From: Lingula anatina
Taxonomy: Eukaryota > Animalia > Brachiopoda
Direction of reading: 5' to 3'
Length of the DNA: 64,000 bases
Assembly (NCBI GenBank): GCA_051362555.1
Contig: CM120642.1
Span: forward strand, 11,966,001-12,030,000
Below are positions 27,301-40,400 of this stretch, piece by piece. Below the pieces are notes generated by a model, which was not told the origin of the DNA, ran no database searches, and saw only the letters and a program-made list of their open reading frames with translations. Every line of letters starts with the position of its first letter. Positions within the stretch are counted from its first letter, which is position 1. A program made the translations under genes and the position numbers.

Positions 27301-27998
27301 GACCTTTTCTTTATTTTAATTAATTTTTTCTGTAGGAAATTTATGGCACATTATGGTAACTCCAAAATTATAACATATAGTCCCTTTTATCTGCAAAACT
27401 GGCAGAGATAGGTCCATAGATACTATTGAACTTGAATAGAAAGTCATATACTGGCAATCTTACTGTGACCTTGAAATTGACCTTTGACCTTTTTTTCACC
27501 ATGAACTGAACTTTGCAAATTTTGCTTCCCTTTTATCTCCAAAACTGGCAGAGATAGGTCCATAGTTACTATTGAAATTGAATAGGAAGTCATATACTGG
27601 CAATCTAAGTGTGACCTTGAAATTGACTTTTGATCTACTTATAATCATGAACTGAACTCTGCTAATTTCTTTCTCTTTTAACTCCAAACCTGGCAGAGAT
27701 AGGTCCATAGTTACTATTGAACTTGAATAGGAAGTCATATACTGGCAATTTACTGTGACCTTGAAAATGACCTTTCACCTACCTTACGATTAACTTAAAT
27801 TTGATTGTACCATTTTTAGTTTCATATATTTTTTGCAAATATTGAAAATTCTTGTTGATTGCATGTTTACATCTTGTCAAGCACAAGACTGGTGGCTGTG
27901 TCCCTTATTTTGTGTATGTGGGGTTCTATACGAATGCGCTTGCTCCAGCTGGTGGTACAATATTCGGAGGCGGTATCGCCTCTCTGATCCTCTAGTTT
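24301..27998 (+). mobile_element. Helentron-associated non-autonomous element (HINE/DINE-1-like) carrying a satellite array
   Basis: 5-prime subterminal IR TATTGTACCACCAGC (24302-24316) with adjacent partial inverse GCTGGCGGTAC, GC-rich microsatellite (24362-24422), central tandem array, 3-prime subTIR GCTGGTGGTACAATA (27948-27962), hairpin GAGGCG-gtat-CGCCTC (27967-27982), end CTAG-TTT. Confidence 0.8.
25040..27790. repeat. 146-bp satellite, 13 monomers, in 1031-bp higher-order repeats
   Basis: Monomer starts (CTGGCAGAGATAGG) at 25337, 25483, 25629, 25775, 25921 | 26368...26952 | 27399, 27545, 27690; ~300-bp spacer repeated three times (identical ORFs at 26183 and 27214). Confidence 0.92.
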
Positions 27999-28556
27999 GT
28001 TGACTATTCATTCATGTGTCTTTAAAACCATGGACACAATATTTCAGGCCACTGGTGTAGATATGATGTTATTTTAAAAACAATTTACATTTGCCAAAGT
28101 CGAATGCTCTTACCAAAAGTTACTTATAATGGCTAATATTCATACAATGGTGTATGTTGTCTTTTTGATACCTGGACATACTGGTAAAGTACTGTAAGAC
28201 ATTTTCATAGGGCTTTCTTGATGCATAACATTGTACGCATTTAATACCTGTACTGAACTACTCTTTCGTTCTTTATTATGGGTTTGTGTCCCTCTTGAAG
28301 AGAAGTGCTGATTAGAATATTTGAAATAGCTTGCTAGTCCACCTGAAACATTTCATTACCAACGCATTGTTATGTACATTTAAATGTATGCTGCATTAAC
28401 CAGTTCTAGATATTTTATTAACACCTTGCCCAGTTGGGCAGCCTGTGATTGCTGGCATTGTAATTGAAATAATACTGTTAGTGCATTAAAAAGATATGTC
28501 ATAGGGAACATCGACAACCTGGCATAAATTCCACAACGTCTAAATCGACGATATTA

Positions 28557-28772
28557 TGACCCCATTTCCAGAGATTAGATCGATCTACTTTAGATCGACC
28601 TAACTCCCTGGGAGTTCACGCTAAATAGCTGTCAGCCGAGCGGACACGAAAGTTAATTACCCCCTTACAGCTTGTAGTAGGCGGGACGGACATTTAAGCC
28701 GGATTATCTGACAGTAATCTAGTGAGACTCCCGCGGGGATAGATCGATCTAAAAGCTCTGGGAATACAGCCT
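28557..28772. mobile_element. MITE-like fold-back element (PIF/Harbinger-like ends)
   Basis: Imperfect IR ATTTCCAGAGATTAGATCGATCTA ... TAGATCGATCTAAAAGCTCTGGGAAT, TTA on both flanks. Confidence 0.5.
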
Positions 28773-31700
28773 TAGATTGGAGTGTCAAAAGTGAACCACA
28801 AGGCCTTAATTTATCATTCAAAACTGCAAATTCAAATACCCCATTACTGTAGATCCATCATACGCTCAGCCTCCAACGAAGTCTGCATCACATCTGATGT
28901 TTTTTTTCCTAGCTGGAAATCAAAATTCTCCTTATTTAGTTTGCGTCCGATTCTGTGCATGCTGATTTGGGGTTTGACCTTTTTTTTTGAGGGGGGGGGG
29001 AGTTCTCAGCTGCCACGACGTGGTCATGATATGTGGTCAGGTGCAACAATTGGTGTGTTCGGTAATTATTCCGTCAGTTTCACCCGAGGCTCAGTTGTGA
29101 TCAAGAGATCGGTGAAGATGCACCTGGATGCACGAAACGGTTCTCGAGCAAGAAAGGTAAATTGCTATGGGTCTACGCAAAATTTACTTTCTAATTAGTG
29201 GCAGAAACGGTATTCTCAGTCTGTCTTGTAAGTCGGGTACGTGAAAAGTCTTGGACATACCTAAAGTTGTATACGGTGGACTGTCCAGGGTAGACGAGCA
29301 AGTTGCTCGTTGAACACCTAGTTTAGTTCTACTGCAAAAGTCCGGCTTTGGTAGTTAAAGGAGGCAATAGGATCGCTGGGCATTTGGCTATATTTCGGTG
29401 GCACAAGAGAGGCACGCAAGTCGCGGCTCGGTAAAAATGGGACCTAAGATGATGGGACAGTTGTAATCTGTATAGCTCTATAAACGTGGGATACATTTTA
29501 CTTATTGTTCTTCGGCGCCACTTTCAAAGTGGGGAGATTGCACGCTACCACGCACCAACCAGAGTATTCCATCTTTGCATGGTACATGCAAATCGTGTGT
29601 GTGGTAGGTTGCAGGGGAATTTTCATACACGACAATGAAAGTGATTGCACGTTTTGGTTCACGTCCTTGAGGCTAGCAAATGATTTTTTGCTGTCCCAAC
29701 CGGGTCTCGCAGACGAACGCCTGCCACCTCGACTCTCTCCACCTGTTCTGGTTCTGTAAGCCGTGCGTCCTTTGGCAATTAAAAGAAATATATGTTCTTA
29801 GTGTTTCTCTATTTAATGAGTAGTTCCATGACCTCGAAAAATTAACGGTTTTATAATGTGTATACGCCGTCATATGTAAAGACGGTTATTCATGCCCGTC
29901 GAAACCAAGAGAAAAGAGTCGGCCATCATTCATCATTTATTGCTTTTCGAATCCTCGTGAACTACGGCAGCACGCGTAATGTCGGAAGCTTACAGCTATT
30001 TTACCTCCTAATACGGCGTAAGTCTATCCACTCCACTGTACGCCAGTGCACTGGACCACAGTTTGGCTTGAGGTGAGGTCGGTATGTACTGGAAAGTTCG
30101 GTAAGGTATATCAAATAGATAGGTAACACTCAACGTTTTCCAATTCGAAAATTTACCGCAAAATCAAATTTTTCGAGAAAGGCATTTTTCTTCTACCCAC
30201 TGCTCGACTCATCCCTGCACTGGATTAAAATCTCTGCTAATAATATGTTGTAAATGACTGAGCCAGTCAATAAGACTGCCGTGTCTTCTTGTACTTCTTA
30301 GAAGGAAGCATCCACATCAGGTTTAATTTGAGGGGTTTTATCACTTTTTAGGTCTGAATTGACATGGTAAATACCTTTGCAGGGGACATCGAAATTTTTT
30401 GGGGGGCATACATTAAAATAATTCTCACAAGATTTATCCGCAAAAAAATCTGAAACATAAACGTGCGTGATATAATTTTTCTCGAAAAGGATTTTTTCTC
30501 CCACTTGACACTCATTTCTCCACCCGTCCCTGTGCTTGGATACGATATTTTATTTCACTTTGATTTGATGGTTTAGTTCTAAATGATAGGCCGGTCATGT
30601 AATTGATGTGGCCTCGTTTTCACTGCATGACAAGTATGTAAAATAAATAAAAATACTTTTTAAAGGAAAGAAGGACAGAAATGAGGCGGCGTTTTGTATT
30701 GTAGCATTTGATCGTACATAATATTAGTACACCCGCTTTTATTTTTCGCAAAAAATGTTTCGGGATGTCGGATGAGAAGATAATGATGTCAACACTGAGC
30801 ACGCCTCAGATAAACTTACTTTTGGTCTGAATTGAGAAATATAGGAAGCTTTGCAGGATAAAAATTACCTTTAGACATATTGTGAAGCATATTAAATGTT
30901 GACAGCGATTGAATTAATGAAACGGATTTCGATCTGTCTTTTTTACTATTAATTACAACTGAAGGTCGAAAAATGTTTGTAGAAATTTAAAAAGCAATGA
31001 CGAATCCAGGGGTGTTCTCCCTCCCAAAATAACAGCTTGTATAACAATTAAAACCGTCAAACCTAGTTATTTTTCCAGCTCCGTATCCTATATTCTGTAC
31101 TGTAGTGAAATTGCCCTCGTCTACTGTTTTATATTTGTCTCGCTTCTCTGTAAAGAATATTGTGAACCTTAACCCCACCCACCCCTTCCCTCGCCAAAAT
31201 TCTGGATCCACCAATTAGCACGCTTTATGTTGCACTATGATACGTACATAATTTCGCATTAGACTTTCATTTGTGAATTTTTAAAAACAAAAAGTAAATA
31301 AATGAAAAAGGAAGGAAGGAAGAAAGAAAAAATCTAAGGACTGAGATCATCGTGAGATCACCTAGAATTGAGCTGTTCTAAACCGGACTGTTACTACTAG
31401 AATATTAAGTACACGGGAACGTTCACGTTTGCCACTGGTACCCTAGAAAAGGGGTAAACTGTCCTCGCTAAATGATACATGTTCCCCGCTAGCAGGAGAT
31501 ATACTGTGGCACCTCCAAGACACCGTATCAGGTAAAACATTGGCTGCCATACATGTAGTTTAGTTTACATTAAGTTCCAATAACTCAGTTGCTCTCTTTG
31601 TTGTACTTGTTAGGTTAACCACTGATTTATAAGTTGAAAGATCTTATAACCATGTTGTCCTTAAATCGCCATATAAAAGATACTCAAGCAAAACGTGGAC

Positions 31701-32602
31701 TTCTGTTTCAATCACACCCCAGTTGCTTCATGGGCATAAACTTGATGCTTTAGCTAGACCACTTTAACGCCCCCTTTCACTATATGTTTGGAGCATCGAA
31801 AACGAGCAAGTGTCGGCTACTAACAGTGGACTAAAGTACTACTAGTATATTGTTTTTGTACAACTTGTACCTCTGGTGGGTCATAAAAAATGTTACTTAT
31901 TTCAAAGTTAAATAAGTACTGTAGTTTTGTAGATATTGCAATGAAATTAGAGATATTTGGCATTTTTACTTAAGATTTTAATTTTTCAGTGTGCCACAAA
32001 ATAATCCCAAATTCCACTGCAATATCTTCAAAACTGTTAAAGTTAGTAAGCTTTGAAATTGGTAGCGGTTTAATGAGCCTCCCGATTCATGAAGATAAAA
32101 TTTATTACAACCGGGCAGTTTGTCGCATTATGTTTGAAAATCATAAACTAAACATTCTTTTCATAAATATGGTGCACATTAACTAAAATTGTATTGTTTG
32201 GCTTCTTTTAATTTACCCCCCAAATCTCTTTTTTCATTTTTAGTCTATCCCCTAAAACTAACTAAAACGTGCCTGATATTGTTGCTTATCGCATACGCAA
32301 ACATTTTCCCTGTGCTCGTTTACCCGATGTACCCGGCCATGACGTAAGCCTACTGCTACCTGGTGTACTGACGGTAAGATGCTAGCCTATGTACCTGTAT
32401 TTAATATCTCTCTGTCACACAAACCCTGCATTAATATTTGGGGTCCATATTAAAATGCCAGGGATACCCGAAAGTATTCGAGGCACGGAAGTGATCTACA
32501 GGTACCTAATTGAGGCATTTTGACTGTCATTATAGTGAGGCAGAATATTCCCCCAGCTGTGGATACAAGGGTCAGTAGTGATAGCCAGCTTGGATGATCA
32601 GT

Positions 32603-34443
32603 ATGGAACCTGTATCCAGTAAGTCTCGAGAGGCACTTGTCGTATACGTCAATGGGAAAAAGGTAAGAAAGTGTGGGCAACCTTCCACGGGATTTTATTA
32701 TTGAGATATGTTATCATTTGACCAAGGGAGATCTTTCAAATTCATAAGAAGTTAGTAAATCGAAACAGGTTTACCCTTGCATACATTGTACTGGTACATC
32801 TACTTTCCCGGGGTCGATTTGACAAAAGAACCTCAGAACAAATGCTAATCTTAATTAACTTTAAACAGAGCATTCTCATCTTCTTCAAATCGAGATAAAT
32901 CCGTAGTAGTTCGATAAATTGAAAATAACTACTGGCCAGTATAAACGTACAACAATTTTTAAAAATATTTTTGGCGCACTTTATGACTTTAATTTACAGG
33001 AACTACTACGGATGTATCTTTGGTCAAAATAGGCTAAAATATTTGTTTTGAGAGTTACCACCAACTTTGGGTCCTATGTTTTAGTAAAACCGGTGGAACG
33101 AAACTGAGGGTCCATGTAACAGAAAGTCCGCCCTCCATTTTGTTATAATGGTTAGGGTTAGTCCGACCTAAGTGGGTCAAATCTAGGGCGAGACTCACCT
33201 GTACAAATGAATGGGAAGCGGACCCTCTGTCATGGGGGACTCTGTGTGACACTGGTCCCTACCGTGCTAGGATGAATGCATATGAGTATGGGTCAAGAGG
33301 TCACACTGGCTGGATAATTAACGTAGTTCACCTGATAGCAATCTTATTATTTTAAAGATGCATTTGAAGTCAATTTTTTTGTCACAAAAGCTGACCGAAT
33401 GCCACCATACAGTTTCAAATGTGTAACTTAGATACAAAACGATATCAGGTCATATAACTTGAAAAATGATATTTGAACGGATTTTCTGCTTGCTTTCCAT
33501 GCTGTATATAAACAGGGCAGATACATGTAAGTAGGTCAAATTTACGACCGAAATTTGAAGAAGGTGCAGTCTATGGCTGTGCGAGAGATTAATTCGGTAT
33601 ATCTCTTGGCAAGCTTGAAAATGATATGAGGACGTAAGTCTCAAATGGCGCCAGCTTAAAACAGTTAAAAAAACAGACTCGAATGTCAATGGAAGTAAAA
33701 AGTTCTGAACGGCAATATACAAGGTGCGGGATATACAATGCAGCTGTTTAATATTTAATGAACAACCCAGTAGACAAGCGGGTATTGCTACATGTAGGTG
33801 GCAATGAACAGCCAAGTGTATGAGTAAATTACGGGGCTAAGCGTAAAAATAAATACAACATTTTACAATGCAACCTACAACTGAATTATTCAGAGTCACT
33901 TAAGATGCTGTATCTCGCGTGGAAGGCTTCAGACGAGCACATGTGCTTTCTTTCCCAATCATATGGCCATGATGCAATTATCAAGATTTGGTCGTTGAGG
34001 TAGAAGGAAAAAAATAGTATAAGCAAGCATGACCTATCAAATCAGCTGAAGATAGCAATATGAAATAAACTATCAAACCAAATATTGGACCAGCGATATG
34101 AAAAAAAAAACCTTCCTAGCGGGTTGCTGCCGAATAAGATATATGAATTATGGCCTTACCAAGGTTAGAAAGTTCTCGTTTTATGATGGAATTAGTCAAG
34201 ACAAGTTTTCCCTTTCTTTACAGCGTAACTGACATAATGTTCTGATGAGGTTTGCCTTTCTACAATTTGCAAAATAACTAGCTTTGTTTTATAATGTTTT
34301 TTTTTAAATTTCAGATTGTTGAAAATAATCCTGATCCTGAAACAACCCTGATTCAGTTTCTCCGTCTAAAACGTATCCTTATATCTCTCTATCTCTTTCT
34401 GTGTGAGTGTGAGTGTGTGTGTGCGCGCGCGCGTGCATGGGTG

Positions 34444-34482
<39 letters not shown>

Positions 34483-37400
34483 ACGTGTGTCCGCACATGC
34501 ACATGTGTTTCCATGAACTGTGTTATGTTTTTAAACCTTAACTCGAAGTCAGTGCGACTACCTGGCACCAAGCTGGGATGTGCTGAGGGAGGCTGTGGCG
34601 CGTGTACAGTGATGGTTTCAAGATATGACAACATCAATAGTGAAGTAACGTATCCTTTTAAAACATATATCCCTAGCGACATAAAAAATAGGAATTATTT
34701 GAATCAATTTAATTCGTTGTACGTTATTGTTTTTCATATGCAAAATTGTTGGATGGATTGGAAGCCACCCTCGTAGCTGGAAGCTAAATAGTGGCAAGGT
34801 AATATACCCCTACTTCGGGGAGGAGGTTTAGTGCAATCTTCTTGAGCCTGGCATATCATGAAACAAAGACACATTATAAAATAAACTAATGTGTTTTACG
34901 TCATTATCTATTTGCAGATATCAGAGACGGGTCAATGAACCGTATGCCTTATGTTAACGGAGGTCCATCTGGCTATGCAGATGGACAGCCGCTTGGTCCC
35001 TTTTTATGCTTGTTTAGTACATTCCCGCAACTCGAAACGTCGGCTATTTTTCAAGATGCACGCAAAGTCTCCTATGAAATTGTAACTCATGACTGTTGTT
35101 AGTAAGCATACTTTGTGGAAAATATGTACTTGTGCACCAGCCAGGACCAGTTGAAATAATCAGTTCCAATATGCTGGTATGGGAGCAGTCTAAGGAAGGG
35201 TCGTTCGAACAGTAATAATTTGGAAATAAATGCAACATGGCTGGCTTGGGGCTTATAATTATATAAAATCATGCACTTCACACTAAGCCTACATGATTCT
35301 TGATACTTAGGTAGAAAAGAAAATCTATGACCCAAATTAAAAACCTGGACCACATGCACCCTTCACACACTTTCATCAAAATTACATGATTCGCGTGACT
35401 GATATGACAGAGTTAGCACAATTGACCCACTTTTTGTCTTTTTGATAAGAAAATAACCCATATGGTTATTGCTGCGTATTTTTATTTACTTAATCCCTAA
35501 CCAATGCTTGTCTTAATGGGAGGAAAAGAAGTACAAGTATAAACAGACTTTAAACATTTGATATTTGATCAATAAGAACTGTTATATATTTTTACCTATA
35601 TAAATACTGTGTTATCTAGTTGTAACTGTACAGGCCCCGCTCAATCTTTGTCATTTATGTGGACTAGTAGACTAAAGTTAATAAGTAAGGAGTTGGCGGT
35701 TAGCATTATATATAATATATATATATGGGCATTCTTGTCAGCCTGTAATAGAGACAAGTTCTTAGCATGTTTTCGTTAATGCTACCCTCAGCCATACTGC
35801 CGTAAATGCTTGTATAGCTCCCGTGTGTCTCTTCCATGGGATGGCAGTCACCACTGTGGAAGGAATAGGCAGTTGTAAAACTAGACTTCACCCAGTTCAG
35901 GTAAGTTCATATCTTGCTCTGAATAACTAGACATTTTTTGTTTGTTTTGTTTTGTTGAGACAAATAATGCAGATATTTTTGTAATTTATTTCCCCGCACA
36001 GCATTAATTGATCCACTTATTTGGTTAAAAAGCTGCTAAACACTGGATAAGCATTTATCGAAACCGATCTATCTACAAGTTAGTACTTGGAAAAATACAA
36101 AAGGTTTAAGTTTCGAATATTAGTTATCTTCATTGAATATATTGAGATTCATGTCTTCCTAATAAACACAGAATGCTTTATAACCTTGTTATAACGTTTT
36201 CTGGTTATATAAACGTTATGGTAACGATATAATGACGGTTGTGTTTGGTAAGTTGAAGCCTCACGTTCGAAGTATGCAATGGAGCGGGCAATCGCCCAAT
36301 TGGTTCCACGTTATATATTCATGTGCACTAACTGTCATTAATTATTGCAATGTGCCCGCTTCAAGGAAATCATTGCCAAGACTCATGGGACTCAGTGTGG
36401 GTTCTGTACACCTGGGATGGTCATGTCCATGTACACGTTACTCAGAAACAAACCACAGCCGGAAGTGGAAGATGTGGAACGCATATTCCAAGGTAATTTT
36501 GGCAGTTCCTGTCATGTTTCAGAGCAGCTTGTTAGATCCTCAATTTTGTGCGATTTGTATTATGAATCATTGTCAAACGTGTACATTTTTCAACCTCAAA
36601 TAACAAAAAAGAGAACAAAGTATCAAAAAAATCAAGGTAGGTGTCCTTTGTGCCTCTTGGTCATGGAATCTGAGAATATTGGTAAAAAGTTACTCAAAAT
36701 AAACTGGAAAATTCGTCGTTAAATTGTGGCATGGAAAATTGGGCAGAATGACGGCTTTACATTCACTTGTTCAATTAAAACCATAGATCAACAATACTTA
36801 GCCTATCTTTCAAATATCGTATTGTGAATAGGTAACTTGTGCCGATGCACCGGGTACAGGCCAATTTTGGATGCTTTCAAAAATTTTACCAAAGACAGCT
36901 GCTGTCAACGTGGAGAAGGGTGCTGTAAACAGAATAGCGAAGTCAACACTGAGTGTTCCACGCCCGGAGAAAGCGCCATTCTTGAACCAACACAGGAGCT
37001 GATATTTCCTCCTGAGCTCAAGGCAGGTTACAGGTTACTGTTATTACTTAACTTACTGTAAATGGATGAACTTCTTCAACCTAGTATCTAGTAGAATAAT
37101 CTTGTATTAAAAAATAGAACATATTGGTGAGTTTGTCGATGATTAATGCCATCTGTTCCAACTGTGAGTTTTTTTTTACACCGTGTGATATTTAAAGATT
37201 TTTTTCAAACACGAAATATTTAAGTGTAAAGATGTTAATCAATCACAATATTTGTATTCCCTGAAAAACCCTGCAATTTTGCCTATATTTCAGCTTAACA
37301 CCAGTTTTAGTTTTGAAACTGTCAAATTCCAAGGAGAGAGATTAACGTGGTACAGACCAGTAACACTGACAGAACTGCTGGAATTGAAAACCGCCTACCC

Positions 37401-40400
37401 TGCAGCGAGAATCGTTGTTGGTTATACCGGTCTTGGTGCGTGTCTTTCAAACTTGAAGAGTGACCTAACACTACCAAAATATTTCAAAGATAAACCATTA
37501 AGAATGTGAGCGTTTATAACATTTAAAATGATTAGACGTTTAGTTTTTAAAGTCTTTAAAGGCATGGTAAGAAATGATCAAAAGTTCATTATAATTATAC
37601 TTCATTATTATTAATCATTTCAATTGTTTATTTTTTACTGTATATTGTGGTGAAATTTCTCAATTATTTCCCTTTTCTCGTATAGCTCTTGAGGAGAAGT
37701 ACCGGGGCAATGCTTGTACCACAGTGATCTCAGCAACACATGTTCCAGAACTCCTTGAGGTGCGTCACGACGATAGCGGGATTCACGTCGGCGGGGCAGT
37801 CACGATAACGAGACTGACCGAGTCTTTGGCAAAGGCAGTGAAACAATTACCAGGTCAAACATCTCTCTCTTTCTCTCTCTACCCCCTTTCTCTCTCTTTA
37901 AGAGGGATTTGTATTTATTTTGAGTTTTTGTAAGGCATCAAACCTGGTGTGTAAGGTATGCAAATACCATTGATGGTTTACTTATCAATATACCTGTAGT
38001 TAACCCATATGATTAGACTTATAATATAAAACTACTGACTTGCAGAATACCAGACAAGGATCTTTGCTGGTATTTTAGAAAATTTGAAATGGTTCGGAGG
38101 AGAACAAATTCGCAATATGGCGGTGAGTGCTTAAATCATTTCTACCAATTGTAGATCGTTTTCCTGTTTTGTTTTTGCGCATGAATTAATTTGACATAAA
38201 TGCGTGTTTTATCAACATGTTGCAGGTTTGTTTTAAGTGAACTTTTATATATATTTCAGTCTGTGGCAGGGAATATTCTGACGACAAATTACATATCGGA
38301 CCTGAACACCTTACTGATGGCGGCAGGATGCACGGCTACTTTGGTTTCAAAAGGTTGGGAAGTCAATCAGTATATTTATAGTTTTGTATTTTTAGGAGTA
38401 TTTTAATGATAGATGGCAGGCAGATAATTTGATCTTGTGCAAGAGACATCTTTTTTACTATTAAGCTTATGAAGTGTAAAAGTTCTAATAAACACCTATA
38501 CTCCGAGTAATACTGACATTATCATTGCCTTTTGTAGATGGTGGCCAACGAGCGGTTCCGCTGGACAGCGCATTTTTCCTTGGTGACAGAAAAACAAAAC
38601 TGACCCAGACAGAAATATTGTTGTCTGTTCATATCCCTTATACAAAAATGGTACACCTAAACATTGCCTATGTCTATAGTTTTTTATCTGCTGTTAAGAT
38701 GCAAGATTGAATATCTAAACACCTTCTGATATCATAGTTATTTTTAAAACAGACTAGGGTTAAGTACTGAATTCAAATTTAACAAGAGAATTATTTTATT
38801 ATAACAATTATCACATAATTATTACACAGGCGTTCCACCAAAACTAGCTCTACTTCAACTATAAGTGTGATCAGTAATTTAGATGCATTCACAATATTGG
38901 AATGTACCTACTTCCTGTATATCCTTGTGATTCTAGAATGAGTATTATCATGGATACAAACAAGCACAGCGGAGGACTCTCGACATCGCTATCGTCAATG
39001 CCGGGATGAGGGTGGTGTTTGAGGGAGATCTAATCAAGGAAATGGTGATGACATTTGGTGGATTGGCGCCAATAACTTTGGCGGCTGTCAAAACCGCCGA
39101 AGAAGCTATTGGAAGGTATGTTTGAATGTCCTTACTGCCAAGTTACATGTGTTATATCGGTACTTCATCGCATTCTAAACTGGCCGTTCTTTTTGCTATT
39201 TCGGCACATCCAGAAAGTATTTTATCCCCCGTGTATTATCGTTCCAGAAAGTGGGACGATAGTCTTGTTGCAGATGCTTGTCAGTGGCTATCCGATGAGC
39301 TTCCATTAAAGCCAGACGCACCTGGTGGTCAAGTGGAATACCGGAGGACGCTGGCCATAAGCCTGTTCTTTAAGTTCTACGTTAGTGTGCATATGGAATT
39401 GAGCAAAATGAAGGTACTTTCCAACATCTACCGTGCGTTTTAAGGGGATTCCCTGTCTGCGTATATTTTCTTCACTTATGGCCCTCTAAGGTTAACCATC
39501 TACGTGTACCAATAATGTCACTTTAATTAAGATGTTAATACTAATATTGCGCACAAGGGCTGACTTACCACTGCGAGTACTGTTTATTTGCGGCCGCGAA
39601 TTCAATTTCAGCACGATGCCATTGGAAGTAAACTTTTAACCACATTCGCAAGCGCTGCTGGCGACTGTCGCCATGGTTTGACTAAGAGCACACAAGTCTT
39701 TGAAGAGGTTTCAGTCGACCAACCGCTAGATGACGCTGTAGGGCGCCCGCTACCGCACATGGCCTGCATGCAGCACGCGACTGGAGAGGCCCAGTTCACT
39801 GACGACATGCCTCGCGCAGAAGGTGAGAAACGCAATGATTGTGACATTAACGCAACATGTGTTGCTGTAGTTAAGAACAGCTATATCAGCTTTTCTAATT
39901 TTTTTGTTGATGGTTCGGTCATTATTCCCGGTTGCGATTCATCTTCAAGTGGTGTCCTCCAGTTGTTGCAGTTTAAAACATCTACAAGATCATTTTGATG
40001 ATTATAATATAGGACATATGTATGTCAAATAAGCAACGATATTTTTTCTGAAATTATGATGTTTATCAAAACAGATAACTTTGTTGGTTTATTTTTGGTT
40101 GAGTATGATGTAACGCAGTATCCTGAAATATTTGTATGATCAAATTAAAATGTCTTATCTTTTTTTTTTACAGTTTTCTAAATTCTCCTCTCGCGTTAAC
40201 GTTGAATATTAATCAAACTTTCTTTTGTAACAGTTACTTCCGTCTTTGTCCGTGCAGTAAGTGATGCCTGTGCTATTTCCCCTTTTACAGGTGAGCTTTA
40301 CCTGGCGTTTGTCACCAGCACTAGAAGCCACGCCACGATTCAGAGCATAGATGTCAGCGCCGCCCTTGCCTTGCCTGGAGTGGAAACCTTCCTCTGTCAC

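Noticed and set aside
26183-27411. Two identical 65-aa ORFs
   Set aside because: They are the spacer of the 1031-bp higher-order repeat, with TTG/GTG starts and no protein features.
25337-27790. Regularly spaced repeats resembling a CRISPR array
   Set aside because: Whole 146-bp unit is repeated with no unique spacers; eukaryotic context, no cas genes.
29505-29765. Faint resemblance to collagen IV NC1 C-terminus
   Set aside because: Only a few residues match, requires frameshifts, no upstream NC1 half or Gly-X-Y repeats.
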